Positions 24,450 through 36,060 are shown, counted from the first letter of the whole stretch. The stretch is DNA of 63,931 nucleotides, filler included, from Vicugna vicugna (GCA_013265495.1; 84 parts of 79 records of this genome joined end to end with filler, not necessarily neighbours in it), one strand, 5' to 3'. The notes: generated by a model not told the origin, from the sequence alone. Numbers and translations: made by a program.

Positions 24450-24549
24450 NNNNNNNNNNNNNNNNNNNNNNNNNNNNNNNNNNNNNNNNNNNNTTAATTA
24501 ATTAANNNNNNNNNNNNNNNNNNNNNNNNNNNNNNNNNNNNNNNNNNNN

Positions 24550-25001
24550 TTCTTATCACAGATTTTAGTAACCTCAGCATATAATTTTTTCTTTGCTTAT
24601 TAACTGGAGAACTTTCCTCTTTTTATTTAACGGAAGCACTTTACTGCTTCCCTTCAGCAGATCCAAATTGCCAGCATCACTACTCTTGCACTTTGGAGCC
24701 GTTACTAAGTAAAACAAACAAAAAGTTACTTGAACACAAGCCCGGCGATACCAGGGCAGTAGATCTGATAACCAGAGGCTACTAAGCTAAGACGAATGGG
24801 TGAGACACACTGGATAAAGAGATGCTTCATGTCCCAGGGGGATGAACTGGGACAGTGTGAGATTTCATCACACTGCTCAGAATGGCATGCAATGTAAACC
24901 TTATGAATTGTTTATTTCTGGAATTTTCCATTTAATATTTTCAGATTGAACCCGGGTAACTGGAAGTGTGGAAAGAGAAACTGTGGGTAAGGGGACCACA
25001 G
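24550..25001 (+). mobile_element. Tigger2/MER2-group DNA transposon 3' end
   Basis: GTGAGATTTCATCAC..CTTATGAATTGTTTATTTCTGGAATTTTCCATTTAATATTTTC and a degenerate terminal inverted repeat (..GGGTAAGGGGACCACAG) followed by TA. Confidence 0.8.
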
Positions 25002-25713
25002 TATAGAGTAAAAGGTCCTTGCACAAACTCTGCTCCCTCATCTCCCTCATTGTCATGTTTTAAAATATTTCAGGGAGCAGAGTAAGAGAATGACTTTGGA
25101 TTCTGTATAGGAATTCGAGGGTCACATTATAGTGACAACCACTATATGTCTGTGACAGGACAATCTTGGTTTTGATGACATATGGGAGAGTGTCCTCCCA
25201 AGAGATAAAAGCCAACCAGCGGGTTTGCATCATGGAAAGCATTAGAAAAGAGTTTCTTGGAAAGAATAAAATCTGCCATTGAAGATGTTTCAGAGGCATT
25301 TTTAAAATGTGCTTTATTCTCTAAGATTGTNNNNNNNNNNNNNNNNNNNNNNNNNNNNNNNNNNNNNNNNNNNNTTAATTAATTAANNNNNNNNNNNNNN
25401 NNNNNNNNNNNNNNNNNNNNNNNNNNNNNNAATTTTGCACCAGTTTAATCCTTAAACTAGTACAGTGCTCTTAGACGGTTTCAATAATTGTTCCCTATAA
25501 TGAAGAACCTGTCTAATAAGATGTTCCAATAATTGACTTTGGTTTGCTGCTCCCACTTTGTGTAACTTAATTTCCTACTTGGAACATTAGGAAAATGCCA
25601 GAAACACAAGGGATGCTAAAAATAAAAAGAATAATAAATTCACTGTAGATATGTGTGTGTGTGTAATGAGGGACAGAAGTGTACACTCATATTCATGCAA
25701 TTTTATACCCAAA

Positions 25714-25906
25714 TCTATTCACTAGTTCATTTGATATATTTATGGACTACATGATATGTATCATAAAAAATGCGAAAATAAACAAGACAGAGACAGGCCC
25801 TGCCCACATGTAATTTAAACTTCTGGAGAATGGCAGGAAAAGGAAAGAGGAAAATGTATACTATAATAAACACTGATGAAGACAAGAGAGGTTGCCATGG
25901 AAATGC
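25714..25906 (-). mobile_element. L2 3' fragment
   Basis: AATAAACAAGACAGAGACAGGCCCTGCCCACATG resembles antisense L2. Confidence 0.5.
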
Positions 25907-26006
25907 NNNNNNNNNNNNNNNNNNNNNNNNNNNNNNNNNNNNNNNNNNNNTTAATTAATTAANNNNNNNNNNNNNNNNNNNNNNNNNNNNNNNNNNNNNN
26001 NNNNNN

Positions 26007-26602
26007 GGGGTGATTGCAGAATATCCCAGTGTCAGAGGCTGCCTCCCCCAGTTCAGGGAAGGTATTCCTCGGACTTTCCCGAACAGGGAATACCTGTGAA
26101 TGAAGAGAGCTGCGTGGAGTTGTCTCTCGAGCTCCCCCACGCACTGACAATGGTTCCGGAATCCTGAGCGTGGGGAGGTTCCACCAACGGTCGGCAGCGC
26201 GTGGGTTCTAACGGAAAGCCTAAGNNNNNNNNNNNNNNNNNNNNNNNNNNNNNNNNNNNNNNNNNNNNNNNNNNNNNNNNNNNNNNNNNNNNNNNNNNNN
26301 NNNNNNNNNNNNNNNNNNNNNNNNNNNNNNNNNNNNNNNNNNNNNNNNNNNNNNNNNNNNNNNNNNNNNNNNNNNNNNNNNNNNNNNNNNNNNNNNNNNN
26401 NNNNNNNNNNNNNNNNNNNNNNNNNNNNNNNNNNNNNNNNNNNNNNNNNNNNNNNNNNNNNNNNNNNNNNNNNNNNNNNNNNNNNNNNNNNNNNNNNNNN
26501 NNNNNTGTACAGGGATGTGATTGAAGAGAGCTCCTTGGAGTTGTCTCTCGGGCTCCGCCACGCACTGACCATGTTTCCGGAATCCTGAGCGTGGGGAGGT
26601 TC
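26007..26602 (-). repeat. Satellite A
   Basis: Diagnostic satellite A motifs. Confidence 0.93.
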
Positions 26603-26702
26603 NNNNNNNNNNNNNNNNNNNNNNNNNNNNNNNNNNNNNNNNNNNNTTAATTAATTAANNNNNNNNNNNNNNNNNNNNNNNNNNNNNNNNNNNNNNNNNN
26701 NN

Positions 26703-27124
26703 AGAATATACAATACAGAATACTTAATATAAATTTACAGTATTGACAGTTGAACACAGTGTATAGAATATAGAATACGGAATACTGAATATAGAATTTA
26801 GAATATAGAATTTAGAACACTGAATAGAGAATATAGAATACGGAATGCAGAATATAGAATTTAGAATGTAGAACACAGAATAGAGAACATAGAATAGAGT
26901 ATATGGAACACAAAATATAGAACATGAAATGCAGAACACAGAATTTACAATATAGAATACAGAATACTGAATAAAGAATTTAGTATATAGAATGAAGAAC
27001 ACTGAATAGAGAATACGGCATGCAGAATATACAATAAAGAAAATAGAATGCAGAACAGAGAATTTAGAATATAGAATGGAGAATACTGTATATAGAATTT
27101 AGAATATAGAATGAATAACACAGA
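26703..27124 (+). repeat. Satellite C
   Basis: AGAATAT heptamer variants. Confidence 0.92.
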
Positions 27125-27224
27125 NNNNNNNNNNNNNNNNNNNNNNNNNNNNNNNNNNNNNNNNNNNNTTAATTAATTAANNNNNNNNNNNNNNNNNNNN
27201 NNNNNNNNNNNNNNNNNNNNNNNN

Positions 27225-27794
27225 CCACCACGGCGCTCATCAATTGCCTCAAACTGATCTACTGGATAGTTTCAGGTCCATTGCCTGGGCAGCCCCTCCT
27301 CTGTCCCCCAGCTTCTTTGTGCCTTGTGCGCCCCCTGGTGGCTGGGTGGGCCAGCCAAGGATGCTCCTGTTGCTCCAGCCCACCCCTGCTTCGCAGGGAG
27401 TTGAGAACCCTCCACATCTGGGAACAGACCCAAGCGGCACCACAGCAGGGCCGAGTCCAGGAGGCGGTCTCGCACCCGTGCACGCGGCACTCACGCCCTC
27501 TGCCCACGGAGGGCCCTGCCCGCAAGCACCACAGCCTGCACCCTGGCGCGGCAGCACCCCCCCAGCCTGTCCCCCGCAGTGGTCCTCCACAGACCGGGCA
27601 GCATCCGGCTCAGCCATGTAGCCCCCACGCGGCAGTTCTGCAGCCTGAACAGGCCGAGACACACCTGTGGCAGCAGCAGGCCCCATCGGATCAACTCACG
27701 ACTCCTCCGCTCCACCGGCATCCACAGCCTTGAGGCGCCAGAGGCTCAAGGAGCCTCTTAGACGAACTCTTGTCAGACCCCAGCGTTCTGGAAA
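27225..27794 (+). pseudogene. DUXC: DUXC/DUX4-like C-terminal region, disrupted copy (homeoboxes not in this scaffold)
   Basis: Pro/Gln/Ala-rich frames (LLLQPTPASQG; GAAAPPQPVP) end in SLLDELLSDPSVLE (27752-27793), resembling DUX4 LLLDELLASPEFLQ. In-frame TGA at 27731 and apparent frame changes. Recognised from memory of the family, not by a search. Confidence 0.6.
27327..27342 (-). promoter_or_regulatory. CTCF consensus site
   Basis: The minus strand reads GCCACCAGGGGGCGCA, matching the CTCF core consensus. Confidence 0.6.
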
Positions 27795-27894
27795 NNNNNN
27801 NNNNNNNNNNNNNNNNNNNNNNNNNNNNNNNNNNNNNNTTAATTAATTAANNNNNNNNNNNNNNNNNNNNNNNNNNNNNNNNNNNNNNNNNNNN

Positions 27895-28310
27895 TCCGGC
27901 TCCTTCTGGCCTGTGGAGAGCTGGCCGCGTCTGTTGGGATCCCCGCCCGGCGGCTGCGCCTGTGGCGCTGACGTGGCTCCCGGAAGTGGCGCTGTCGCGA
28001 GGCCGCCATGTTGCAGCAGGTGAGGAGCTGTGGGCGCCGGGAGAGGGCGGCGGCGGCGGCGGCGGCGGCGGCTGGGCCCGAGGAGGAGCGGGGTGGGCGG
28101 CGGGCGGGACGGCCGGCGCTGGTGTCCGGGGAGTGCGGCCTAGGCTGCGCTGAGGAGGGCCAGCGCGGGTGTGAGGTCCGCGGGGTCGCTCTGTGTGTCC
28201 CCACCGCTCGTGAGCCGGCGAGGGGCAGGCAGTCGCCGCCCTGGACGTGGGTTACGGGACCCGCCGGGCCTGGCGTCCAGGTTTATGCCGTCAAAGCAGG
28301 TGGTTAAGGG
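27895..28310 (+). promoter_or_regulatory. TVP23B: CpG-island promoter / 5' UTR and start of intron 1
   Basis: CRE half-site TGACGT (27969), ETS CCGGAAGTG (27980), YY1-type CCGCCATGTT over the ATG, and (GGC)9 at 28046-28072. Confidence 0.75.
28008..28019 (+). CDS. TVP23B: First coding exon (MLQQ) of Golgi membrane protein TVP23 homolog B (FAM18B)
   Basis: GCCGCC-ATG TTG CAG CAG followed by the donor GTGAGG. As I recall, mammalian TVP23B begins MLQQDSNDD, with a very similar 5' UTR (GCTGACGTGGCTCCCGGAAGT..GGCCGCCATG). Confidence 0.72.
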
Positions 28311-29097
28311 TCGGTCCCTTCCCATGCTCACATCTGTTCCTCAGAGTTAATTACAGCCCTCACGTCTACGACCCCAGACTAGTGAGAAGAAGAATCTCTT
28401 CCTATTTAAAAAAGCACTGTTTATCGTGCACTTTAACTTGGGTTATCATAGCTGTTTTTTCTGAGGGATTTCTGTGGCCCAGCCGCTGGCCCAGGCCCTG
28501 CGGAAGGGCTGTGTAAACAATGCAGTTTCCTGCCCGGGTTTGGAGTGTTAATGCTTGTCCAGGGATTGAGTGGGGAGATGAAATAAGTTACAGAGATAAA
28601 GATATTTCAGATAACAACAGCATAGACGGTGATGTGATAGCAAGTATCTGAGAATGGAACAGCCTAGCGATTTGCGGTCAGGAAGGACCACTCTGAGGAG
28701 GTGACGTGAGTGGAGAAAATACAGTGATGGTCTGAACCTGCAGGAGGCTGGAGAAAAACACAGCCATACTGACCGTTCCTTCTTAAGTTTGTGACCACGC
28801 ACCTCAAGGGAGCCCGGGGGNNNNNNNNNNNNNNNNNNNNNNNNNNNNNNNNNNNNNNNNNNNNTTAATTAATTAANNNNNNNNNNNNNNNNNNNNNNNN
28901 NNNNNNNNNNNNNNNNNNNNAAGTCTGTTTTCAGTCAAAGTGCTGTGGGTTTTAAGTGGGAGAATGATAATGATCTAATGGGAAAATGTCACCCTGGTTA
29001 CTGGATGGCAAGGCCTCAGCATGTTCTTCTGTGGCATCACGTGGTGCATCTCAGTCTTGGCTGCACGTGAGCATTATCTGGGGAGCTGAGTCAGGGT

Positions 29098-29195
29098 CAT
29101 GAAAAAGTTCTCAAACTGATGGTGTGATGGTTGCACAATTCTGTGACTATACCAAAAATCATTGAATTATACACTTTAAATAAGTGAGTTGAATG
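29098..29195 (+). mobile_element. Old LINE-1 (L1MB/MC-type) 3' fragment
   Basis: GTGATGGTTGCACAATTCTGTGACTATACCAAAAATCATTGAATTATACACTTTAAA. Confidence 0.7.
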
Positions 29196-29633
29196 CACCT
29201 GCTCTTTGGGAAAGACTTGAATATCCAGAAAAGCGGAAATAGAGGGAAAAGTGACAGAACAAGCCTCTGAGGAGGTGGGTAAAGAGGGGATTCCAAGCAC
29301 CAGTAGCTGGCTTAGCCTTGGATAAAAGGACACAGATTTGTGAGCAGGGGTCGGAAAAAGGATGCAGTTAGATGATTTTGTGAAAGAACCCAGAGCCTTT
29401 GAATTTATCCCGACAGCCTCAGCTTTCTCTGCCCTGGGAGAGCGCTACTGAGAGTGGTGGGGTGAGTTTGTAGAGCATCAGCCGCTGATGATGGTTCCTA
29501 CACGAACTGGCAACATCTTGTGAGGGATGGAGGNNNNNNNNNNNNNNNNNNNNNNNNNNNNNNNNNNNNNNNNNNNNTTAATTAATTAANNNNNNNNNNN
29601 NNNNNNNNNNNNNNNNNNNNNNNNNNNNNNNNN

Positions 29634-31080
29634 AGCGCGTGGGTTGTAACGGAATGCCTAAGCTCGTCTCCCCTGATAGTTTTTCTAATGACTCTGTGCC
29701 AGGGAATGCAAGGGATGATTGTAGGATATCCCAGTGTCAGAGGCTGCCTCACCAAGGTCATGGAAGTTTTTTCTCGGACTTCCCCGAACAGGGAACACCT
29801 GTGACTGAAGAGAGCTTCGTGGAGTTGTCTCTCGAGCTCCCCCACGCACTGACAATGGTTCCGGAATCCTGNNNNNNNNNNNNNNNNNNNNNNNNNNNNN
29901 NNNNNNNNNNNNNNNNNNNNNNNNNNNNNNNNNNNNNNNNNNNNNNNNNNNNNNNNNNNNNNNNNNNNNNNNNNNNNNNNNNNNNNNNNNNNNNNNNNNN
30001 NNNNNNNNNNNNNNNNNNNNNNNNNNNNNNNNNNNNNNNNNNNNNNNNNNNNNNNNNNNNNNNNNNNNNNNNNNNNNNNNNNNNNNNNNNNNNNNNNNNN
30101 NNNNNNNNNNNNNNNNNNNNNNNNNNNNNNNNNNNNNNNNNNNNNNNNNNNACCAACGGTCTGCAGCGCGTGGGTTCAAACGGAATGCCTAAGCTCGTGT
30201 CCCCTGAGGATTTTCCTAATGTCTCCTTGCCAGGGAATGCTAGGGGTGATTGCAGGAATTCCCAGTGTCAGAGGCTGCCTCCCCAAAGTCAAGGAAGTTA
30301 TTCCTTGGACTTCCCCGAAAAGGGAACACCTGTGACTGAATAGATTTGCGTGGAGTTGTCTCTCGAGCTCCCCCACGCACTGACAATGGTTCCGGAATCC
30401 TGAGCGTGGGGAGGTTCCACCAACGGTCGGCAGCGCGTGGGTTCTAACGGAAAGCCTAAGCTCGTCTCCNNNNNNNNNNNNNNNNNNNNNNNNNNNNNNN
30501 NNNNNNNNNNNNNNNNNNNNNNNNNNNNNNNNNNNNNNNNNNNNNNNNNNNNNNNNNNNNNNNNNNNNNNNNNNNNNNNNNNNNNNNNNNNNNNNNNNNN
30601 NNNNNNNNNNNNNNNNNNNNNNNNNNNNNNNNNNNNNNNNNNNNNNNNNNNNNNNNNNNNNNNNNNNNNNNNNNNNNNNNNNNNNNNNNNNNNNNNNNNN
30701 NNNNNNNNNNNNNNNNNNNNNNNNNNNNNNNNNNNNNNNNNNNNNNNNNNNNNNNNNNNNNNNNNNNNNNNNNNNNNNNNNNNNNNNNNNNNNNNNNNNN
30801 NNNNNNNNNNNNNNNNNNNNNNNNNNNNNNNNNNNNNNNNNNNNNNNNNNNNNNNNNNNNNNNNNNNNNNNNNNNNNNNNNNNNNNNNNCACTGACAATG
30901 TTTCCGGAATACTGAGCGTGGGGAGGTTCCACCAACGGTCGGCAGCGCGTGGGTTCTAACGGAAAGCCTTAGCTCGTCTCCCCTGAGATTTTTCCTATTG
31001 TCTCTGCCCCAGGGAATGCTAGGGGTGATTTCAGAATATCCCAGTGTCATAGGCTGCCTCCCCAAGTTCAGGGAAGGTTT
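29634..31080 (-). repeat. Satellite A
   Basis: Three contigs of monomers; a full monomer lies within 30152-30469. Confidence 0.95.
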
Positions 31081-31180
31081 NNNNNNNNNNNNNNNNNNNN
31101 NNNNNNNNNNNNNNNNNNNNNNNNTTAATTAATTAANNNNNNNNNNNNNNNNNNNNNNNNNNNNNNNNNNNNNNNNNNNN

Positions 31181-31963
31181 CCAATTTAAAAGAGCCTATA
31201 TGATCAAATAATCAGACATAACTTGCAAACAAATTCACTTTGATTTGACTATATTTGATAAAAATGAGGGAACTTTAGAGAGAAAAAGGATATATTTTAG
31301 TGGATATTAAATTCTAGTTCTGTTAATTGAGGTCTATATTTACTAAGACACTTCCCAGATCATTCCTTGCTGTTATGTCACATTTCTGTACAGTTTAACT
31401 GAATTATGAAAAGGATACACTAGCTTTGTTTCTGAAGCTGAGTAATCTATCCTTGGGTAAAGTTTCAATGCAGCATGACCTGCAGCCAGGGGATTATACC
31501 TACTGGAACAAGCATGACTAAAAGAACTGTCTCCAACCTGAATGGAAGGACTCTTTATCAGGTACTCTTAACTAGACCATACACAGCAAAGCTGAAGGAA
31601 ACGTAGTTTCTGATTCATTTCCTATCAGAAACAGCCCCTGCAGTCACTGGCCTATAGAGCACTGCTCACCTTAAAACAATGCCCAAATGGAGAAAAAACT
31701 ACCAGGCCAGGATAAGAAGGAGACGATATCAGAGGTAGACAGCTGACCCAAGACACCGGACCAGGCCTCTATATCAATTACTTTTACAATCTCTCCTACC
31801 TTTGATTATGAACTTCTCCAATTGTTAAGTTTATGGTAATTTACCTATGTCTAGTACTTCTGTGTTACCTTGGTGGGTTTCCCTACTCCAAGGCTCTAAC
31901 TAGATAAAGAAAATTTACTCTAAAAAGAAATTATAGTTCTGTTTAGGCCACAGTTGATATTAC
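31181..31963 (+). mobile_element. Degenerate ERV1-class internal sequence including the integrase C-terminus
   Basis: From 31480 it reads LQPGDYTYWNKHD*KNCLQPEWKD, then after a frameshift YQVLLTRPYTAKLKE. This matches the gammaretrovirus-like LQPGD..PRWKGPYQVLLT motif. Confidence 0.8.
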
Positions 31964-32063
31964 NNNNNNNNNNNNNNNNNNNNNNNNNNNNNNNNNNNNN
32001 NNNNNNNTTAATTAATTAANNNNNNNNNNNNNNNNNNNNNNNNNNNNNNNNNNNNNNNNNNNN

Positions 32064-32955
32064 CGCACTGACAATGGTTCCGGAATCCTGAGCGTGGGGA
32101 GGTTAAACTCACGGTCGGCAGCGCGTGCGTTCTTACGGAATGCCTAAGCTTATCTCCCCTGAGGTTTTTCCTAATGTCTCTATGCCAGGGAATGCTAGAG
32201 GTTATTGCAGGATATCCCAGTGTCAGAGGCTGCCTCTCCAAGTTCAGGGAAGTTATTTCTCGAACTTCCCCGAACATGGAACACCTGTGATTGTATTGAG
32301 CTGCGTGGAGTTGTCTCTCGAGCTCCCCCATGAACTGACAATGGTTCCGGAATCCTGAGCGTGGGGAGGTTCCACCAACGGTCGGCAGCGNNNNNNNNNN
32401 NNNNNNNNGGAACACCTGTGATTGTATTGAGCTGCGTGGAGTTGTCTCTCGAGCTCCCCCATGAACTGACAATGGTTCCGGAATCCTGAGCGTGGGGAGG
32501 TTCCACCAACGGTCGGCAGCGTGTGGGATCTAACGGAATGACTAAGCTCGTCTCCCCTGTGCTTTTTCCTAATATCTCAGTGCCAGGGAATGCTGGGGTT
32601 GATTTCAGGATATCCTAGTGTCAGAGGCTGCCTCCCCATGGTCAGGGAAGGTATTTCTCGGACTTCCCCGAACAGGGAACTCCTGTGACTGAATAGACCT
32701 GCGTGGAGTTGTCTCTCGAGCTCCCCCACGCACTGACAATGGTTCCGGAATCCTGAGCGTGGGGAGGTTCCACCAACGGTCGGCAGCGCGTGGGTTCTAA
32801 CGGAATGCCTAAGCTCGTCTCCCCTGAGGATTTTCCTAATGTCTCTGTGCCAGGGAATGCTAGGGGTGATTGCAGGATATCCCAGTGTCAGAGTCTGCCT
32901 CCCGAAGATAAGGGAAGTTCTTTCTCGGACTTCCCCGAACAGGGAACTCCTGTGA
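32064..32955 (-). repeat. Satellite A; period measured as 267 bp
   Basis: ACTGACAATGG at 32067 and 32334, and at 32465 and 32732 (267 apart in both pairs). Confidence 0.96.
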
Positions 32956-33055
32956 NNNNNNNNNNNNNNNNNNNNNNNNNNNNNNNNNNNNNNNNNNNNT
33001 TAATTAATTAANNNNNNNNNNNNNNNNNNNNNNNNNNNNNNNNNNNNNNNNNNNN

Positions 33056-33548
33056 TTTCTGGGAAGGTATTGCTCAGACTTCCCCGAACAGGGAACCCAC
33101 ATGTGACTGAAGATAGCTGCGTGGAGTTGTCCCTCGAGGTCCCCCACGCACGGAGAATTCTTCCGGAACCCTGAGCGTGGGGAGGTTCCACCAACGGTCG
33201 GCAGCGCGNNNNNNNNNNNNNNNNNNNNNNNNNNNNNNNNNNNNNNNNNNNNNNNNNNNNNNNNNNNNNNNNNNNNNNNNNNNNNNNNNNNNNNNNNNNN
33301 NNNNNNNNNNNNNNNNNNNNNNNNNNNNNNNNNNNNNNNNNNNNNNNNNNNNNNNNNNNNNNNNNNNNNNNNNNNNNNNNNNNNNNNNNNNNNNNNNNNN
33401 NNNNNNNNNNNNNNNNNNNNNNNNNNNNNNNNNNNNNNNNNNNNNNNNNNNNNNNNNNNNNNNNNNNNNNNNNNNNNNNNNNNNNNNNNNNNNNNNTTCC
33501 CCGGAGGGTTTTCCTAATGTCTCTCTGCCAGGGAATGCAAGGGGGGAT
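33056..33548 (-). repeat. Satellite A
   Basis: Variant monomers (CACGGAGAATTCT variant shared with 38194). Confidence 0.92.
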
Positions 33549-34240
33549 NNNNNNNNNNNNNNNNNNNNNNNNNNNNNNNNNNNNNNNNNNNNTTAATTAA
33601 TTAANNNNNNNNNNNNNNNNNNNNNNNNNNNNNNNNNNNNNNNNNNNNAGGCTGTTGGGTATCTGAGCTCATGAGACGTGGGTGCCATGCTTCGATTCTC
33701 ACCAAAAGCTCTACTTTTGAAGGTTCTGGTCGGAGAGCCACAAATACTCCCTCGTCCATAAACAAAGAACAGTCTCTTTCACTCTGGGAAGGTCACACAG
33801 AAGGAGGACGGATCATCCCGAGAGCAGGAGAGGCCAGATCAGTCCTACCATCAGGGATCTGACAGACAAGCCAGCTCAGTTCCTCTTACTAGTTGTTTAC
33901 TTGGAGGATCTGGGGTATTTGNNNNNNNNNNNNNNNNNNNNNNNNNNNNNNNNNNNNNNNNNNNNTTAATTAATTAANNNNNNNNNNNNNNNNNNNNNNN
34001 NNNNNNNNNNNNNNNNNNNNNGTGTCTTCTTTTAATCTCAGAGCATGGCAGAGACTCAGGTACAATGGTGGAGGGAACAGTGGTTATTCTGGAAATTCTC
34101 TAGAGTTGGGGCCTAGCGGTAACAGTCTGGTTGGAAGAAGNNNNNNNNNNNNNNNNNNNNNNNNNNNNNNNNNNNNNNNNNNNNTTAATTAATTAANNNN
34201 NNNNNNNNNNNNNNNNNNNNNNNNNNNNNNNNNNNNNNNN

Positions 34241-35087
34241 AATATTTAATTAAAGCTACTTCATACACAACTGTTAACAAAGAAAATAATTGCTGCCACT
34301 CTTCCAGATAGTCTGCAATGAATTCAAGAGTTGAATTATGGAGAATTAACTGGATAAATCAAGCTGGAAGTAGATTTACCAGTGGTGCAGCATTTAGCCT
34401 CTAATGAAAAGAGCCAGAAGCAGTCTTTCGGTGGAATCTCCAAGTACGCTCAGTTCTTTCCTGGTTTCTAGGACCAGGAAGAGCAGTACTACCTTTCTCT
34501 ACCTTAAAAGGAATGTGGAGGAGGAGGAGGAGTTGGAGGAGGAGTAGGTGGATGAGGAGGAGGTGGAGGAGGAGGAAGATGTGGAGGAGGAGAATGTGTT
34601 GGAGGAGGAGGAGGATGTGGAGGAGGAGGAGGATGTGNNNNNNNNNNNNNNNNNNNNNNNNNNNNNNNNNNNNNNNNNNNNNNNNNNNNNNNNNNNNNNN
34701 NNNNNNNNNNNNNNNNNNNNNNNNNNNNNNNNNNNNNNNNNNNNNNNNNNNNNNNNNNNNNNNNNNNNNNNNNNNNNNNNNNNNNNNNNNNNNNNNNNNN
34801 NNNNNNNNNNNNNNNNNNNNNNNNNNNNNNNNNNNNNNNNNNNNNNNNAATAATCCTCTCTGTCTAATTTCCAATTTATATTTAATTAAAGCTATTTCAT
34901 ACGCAACTGTTAACAAAGAAAGTAATTGCTGCCAGCCTTACAGATAGGCTGCAATGAATTCAAGAGTTGAATTATGGAGAATTAACTGGATAAATCAAGC
35001 TGCAAGTAGATTTACCAGTAGTGCCCAATTTAGCCTCTAATGAAAGAGCCAGAAGCAATCTTTCGATGGAATCTCAAAGTACGCTCA
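34241..35087 (+). repeat. GGA-containing macrosatellite, two tandem units
   Basis: The spacer at 34241-34450 recurs at 34878-35087, with a GGA tract and gap between them. Confidence 0.88.
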
Positions 35088-35187
35088 NNNNNNNNNNNNN
35101 NNNNNNNNNNNNNNNNNNNNNNNNNNNNNNNTTAATTAATTAANNNNNNNNNNNNNNNNNNNNNNNNNNNNNNNNNNNNNNNNNNNN

Positions 35188-35315
35188 GTAATAACATATA
35201 ATGGAAAAGAATATAAAAAGAAAAAAATATATCTATGTGTACGTACATGTATAACTGAATCGCTTTGCTGTACTCCTGAAACTAACATTGTAAATCATCT
35301 ACACTTCAATAAAAA
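35188..35315 (+). mobile_element. LINE-1 3' terminus (artiodactyl type)
   Basis: GTATAACTGAATCGCTTTGCTGTACTCCTGAAACTAACATTGTAAATC..CTTCAATAAAA. Confidence 0.85.
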
Positions 35316-35844
35316 TTTTTTTTTGTTAAACCCTGCTGTTAGTGGTACCACCTCTGTGTCATAGTTCCTACAGAATCACAGAATCGGGGAGAGCCCCTCC
35401 ACCACAGGAGCCTTCCTCAGATGATGTTATATACCTGGTTCTGGAGGGTACACACCACACCCTGAGAATAGTGAAGTGGGGCCCCCTCTGAAATCTGGCT
35501 CTCAGACACACAGGAAATGGGATGTTCTCTGGGTTCCACAAGAAGCCACCTCATAATGTTACTAGAGACCTTTCTTCGCGTCTTCCCTGGTCTGATACAA
35601 TGGTAAGAAGGAATTAGTTAATTCTAAATTCTAATCCTGCTGCTTAATTGACAACCAAGGCAAATTTCTTTGACTTCTCAGTTCAAAACAATTTTCTCAT
35701 NNNNNNNNNNNNNNNNNNNNNNNNNNNNNNNNNNNNNNNNNNNNNNNNNNNNNNNNNNNNNNNNNNNNNNNNNNNNNNNNNNNNNNNNNNNNNNNNNNNN
35801 NNNNNNNNNNNNNNNNNNTTCCTTTTTCTGACCCAGACACTGGC

Positions 35845-36060
35845 TTCCAGAATAATCTTCCAAACCTGTAGCTTTGAACACATGTCTTCCTTGCTTAGAA
35901 ACTTTCAACAGCACCTGGTGACTCAGCAGAAAAGAACAAAACCCTTAAAACATGGCATCAAACCAGCTCCGACTTGCCCTTCCAGACTGTCCTCCCACTC
36001 TTTATACTTCTGATCTCACCCTCCACTTCTATTGAAGTGGAATCTTTGTTTGTCCAAAAC
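35845..36060 (+). mobile_element. L2 fragment
   Basis: CCAGAATAATCTTCCAAA..CATGTCTTCCTTGCTTAGAAACTTTCAA is L2-like. Confidence 0.45.

Noticed and set aside
32278..32521. 113-bp exact duplication (32278-32390 and 32409-32521) in satellite A
   Set aside because: Identical, including private variants, and offset by 131 bp (not 267) across an 18-N gap; most likely unmerged overlapping contig ends.
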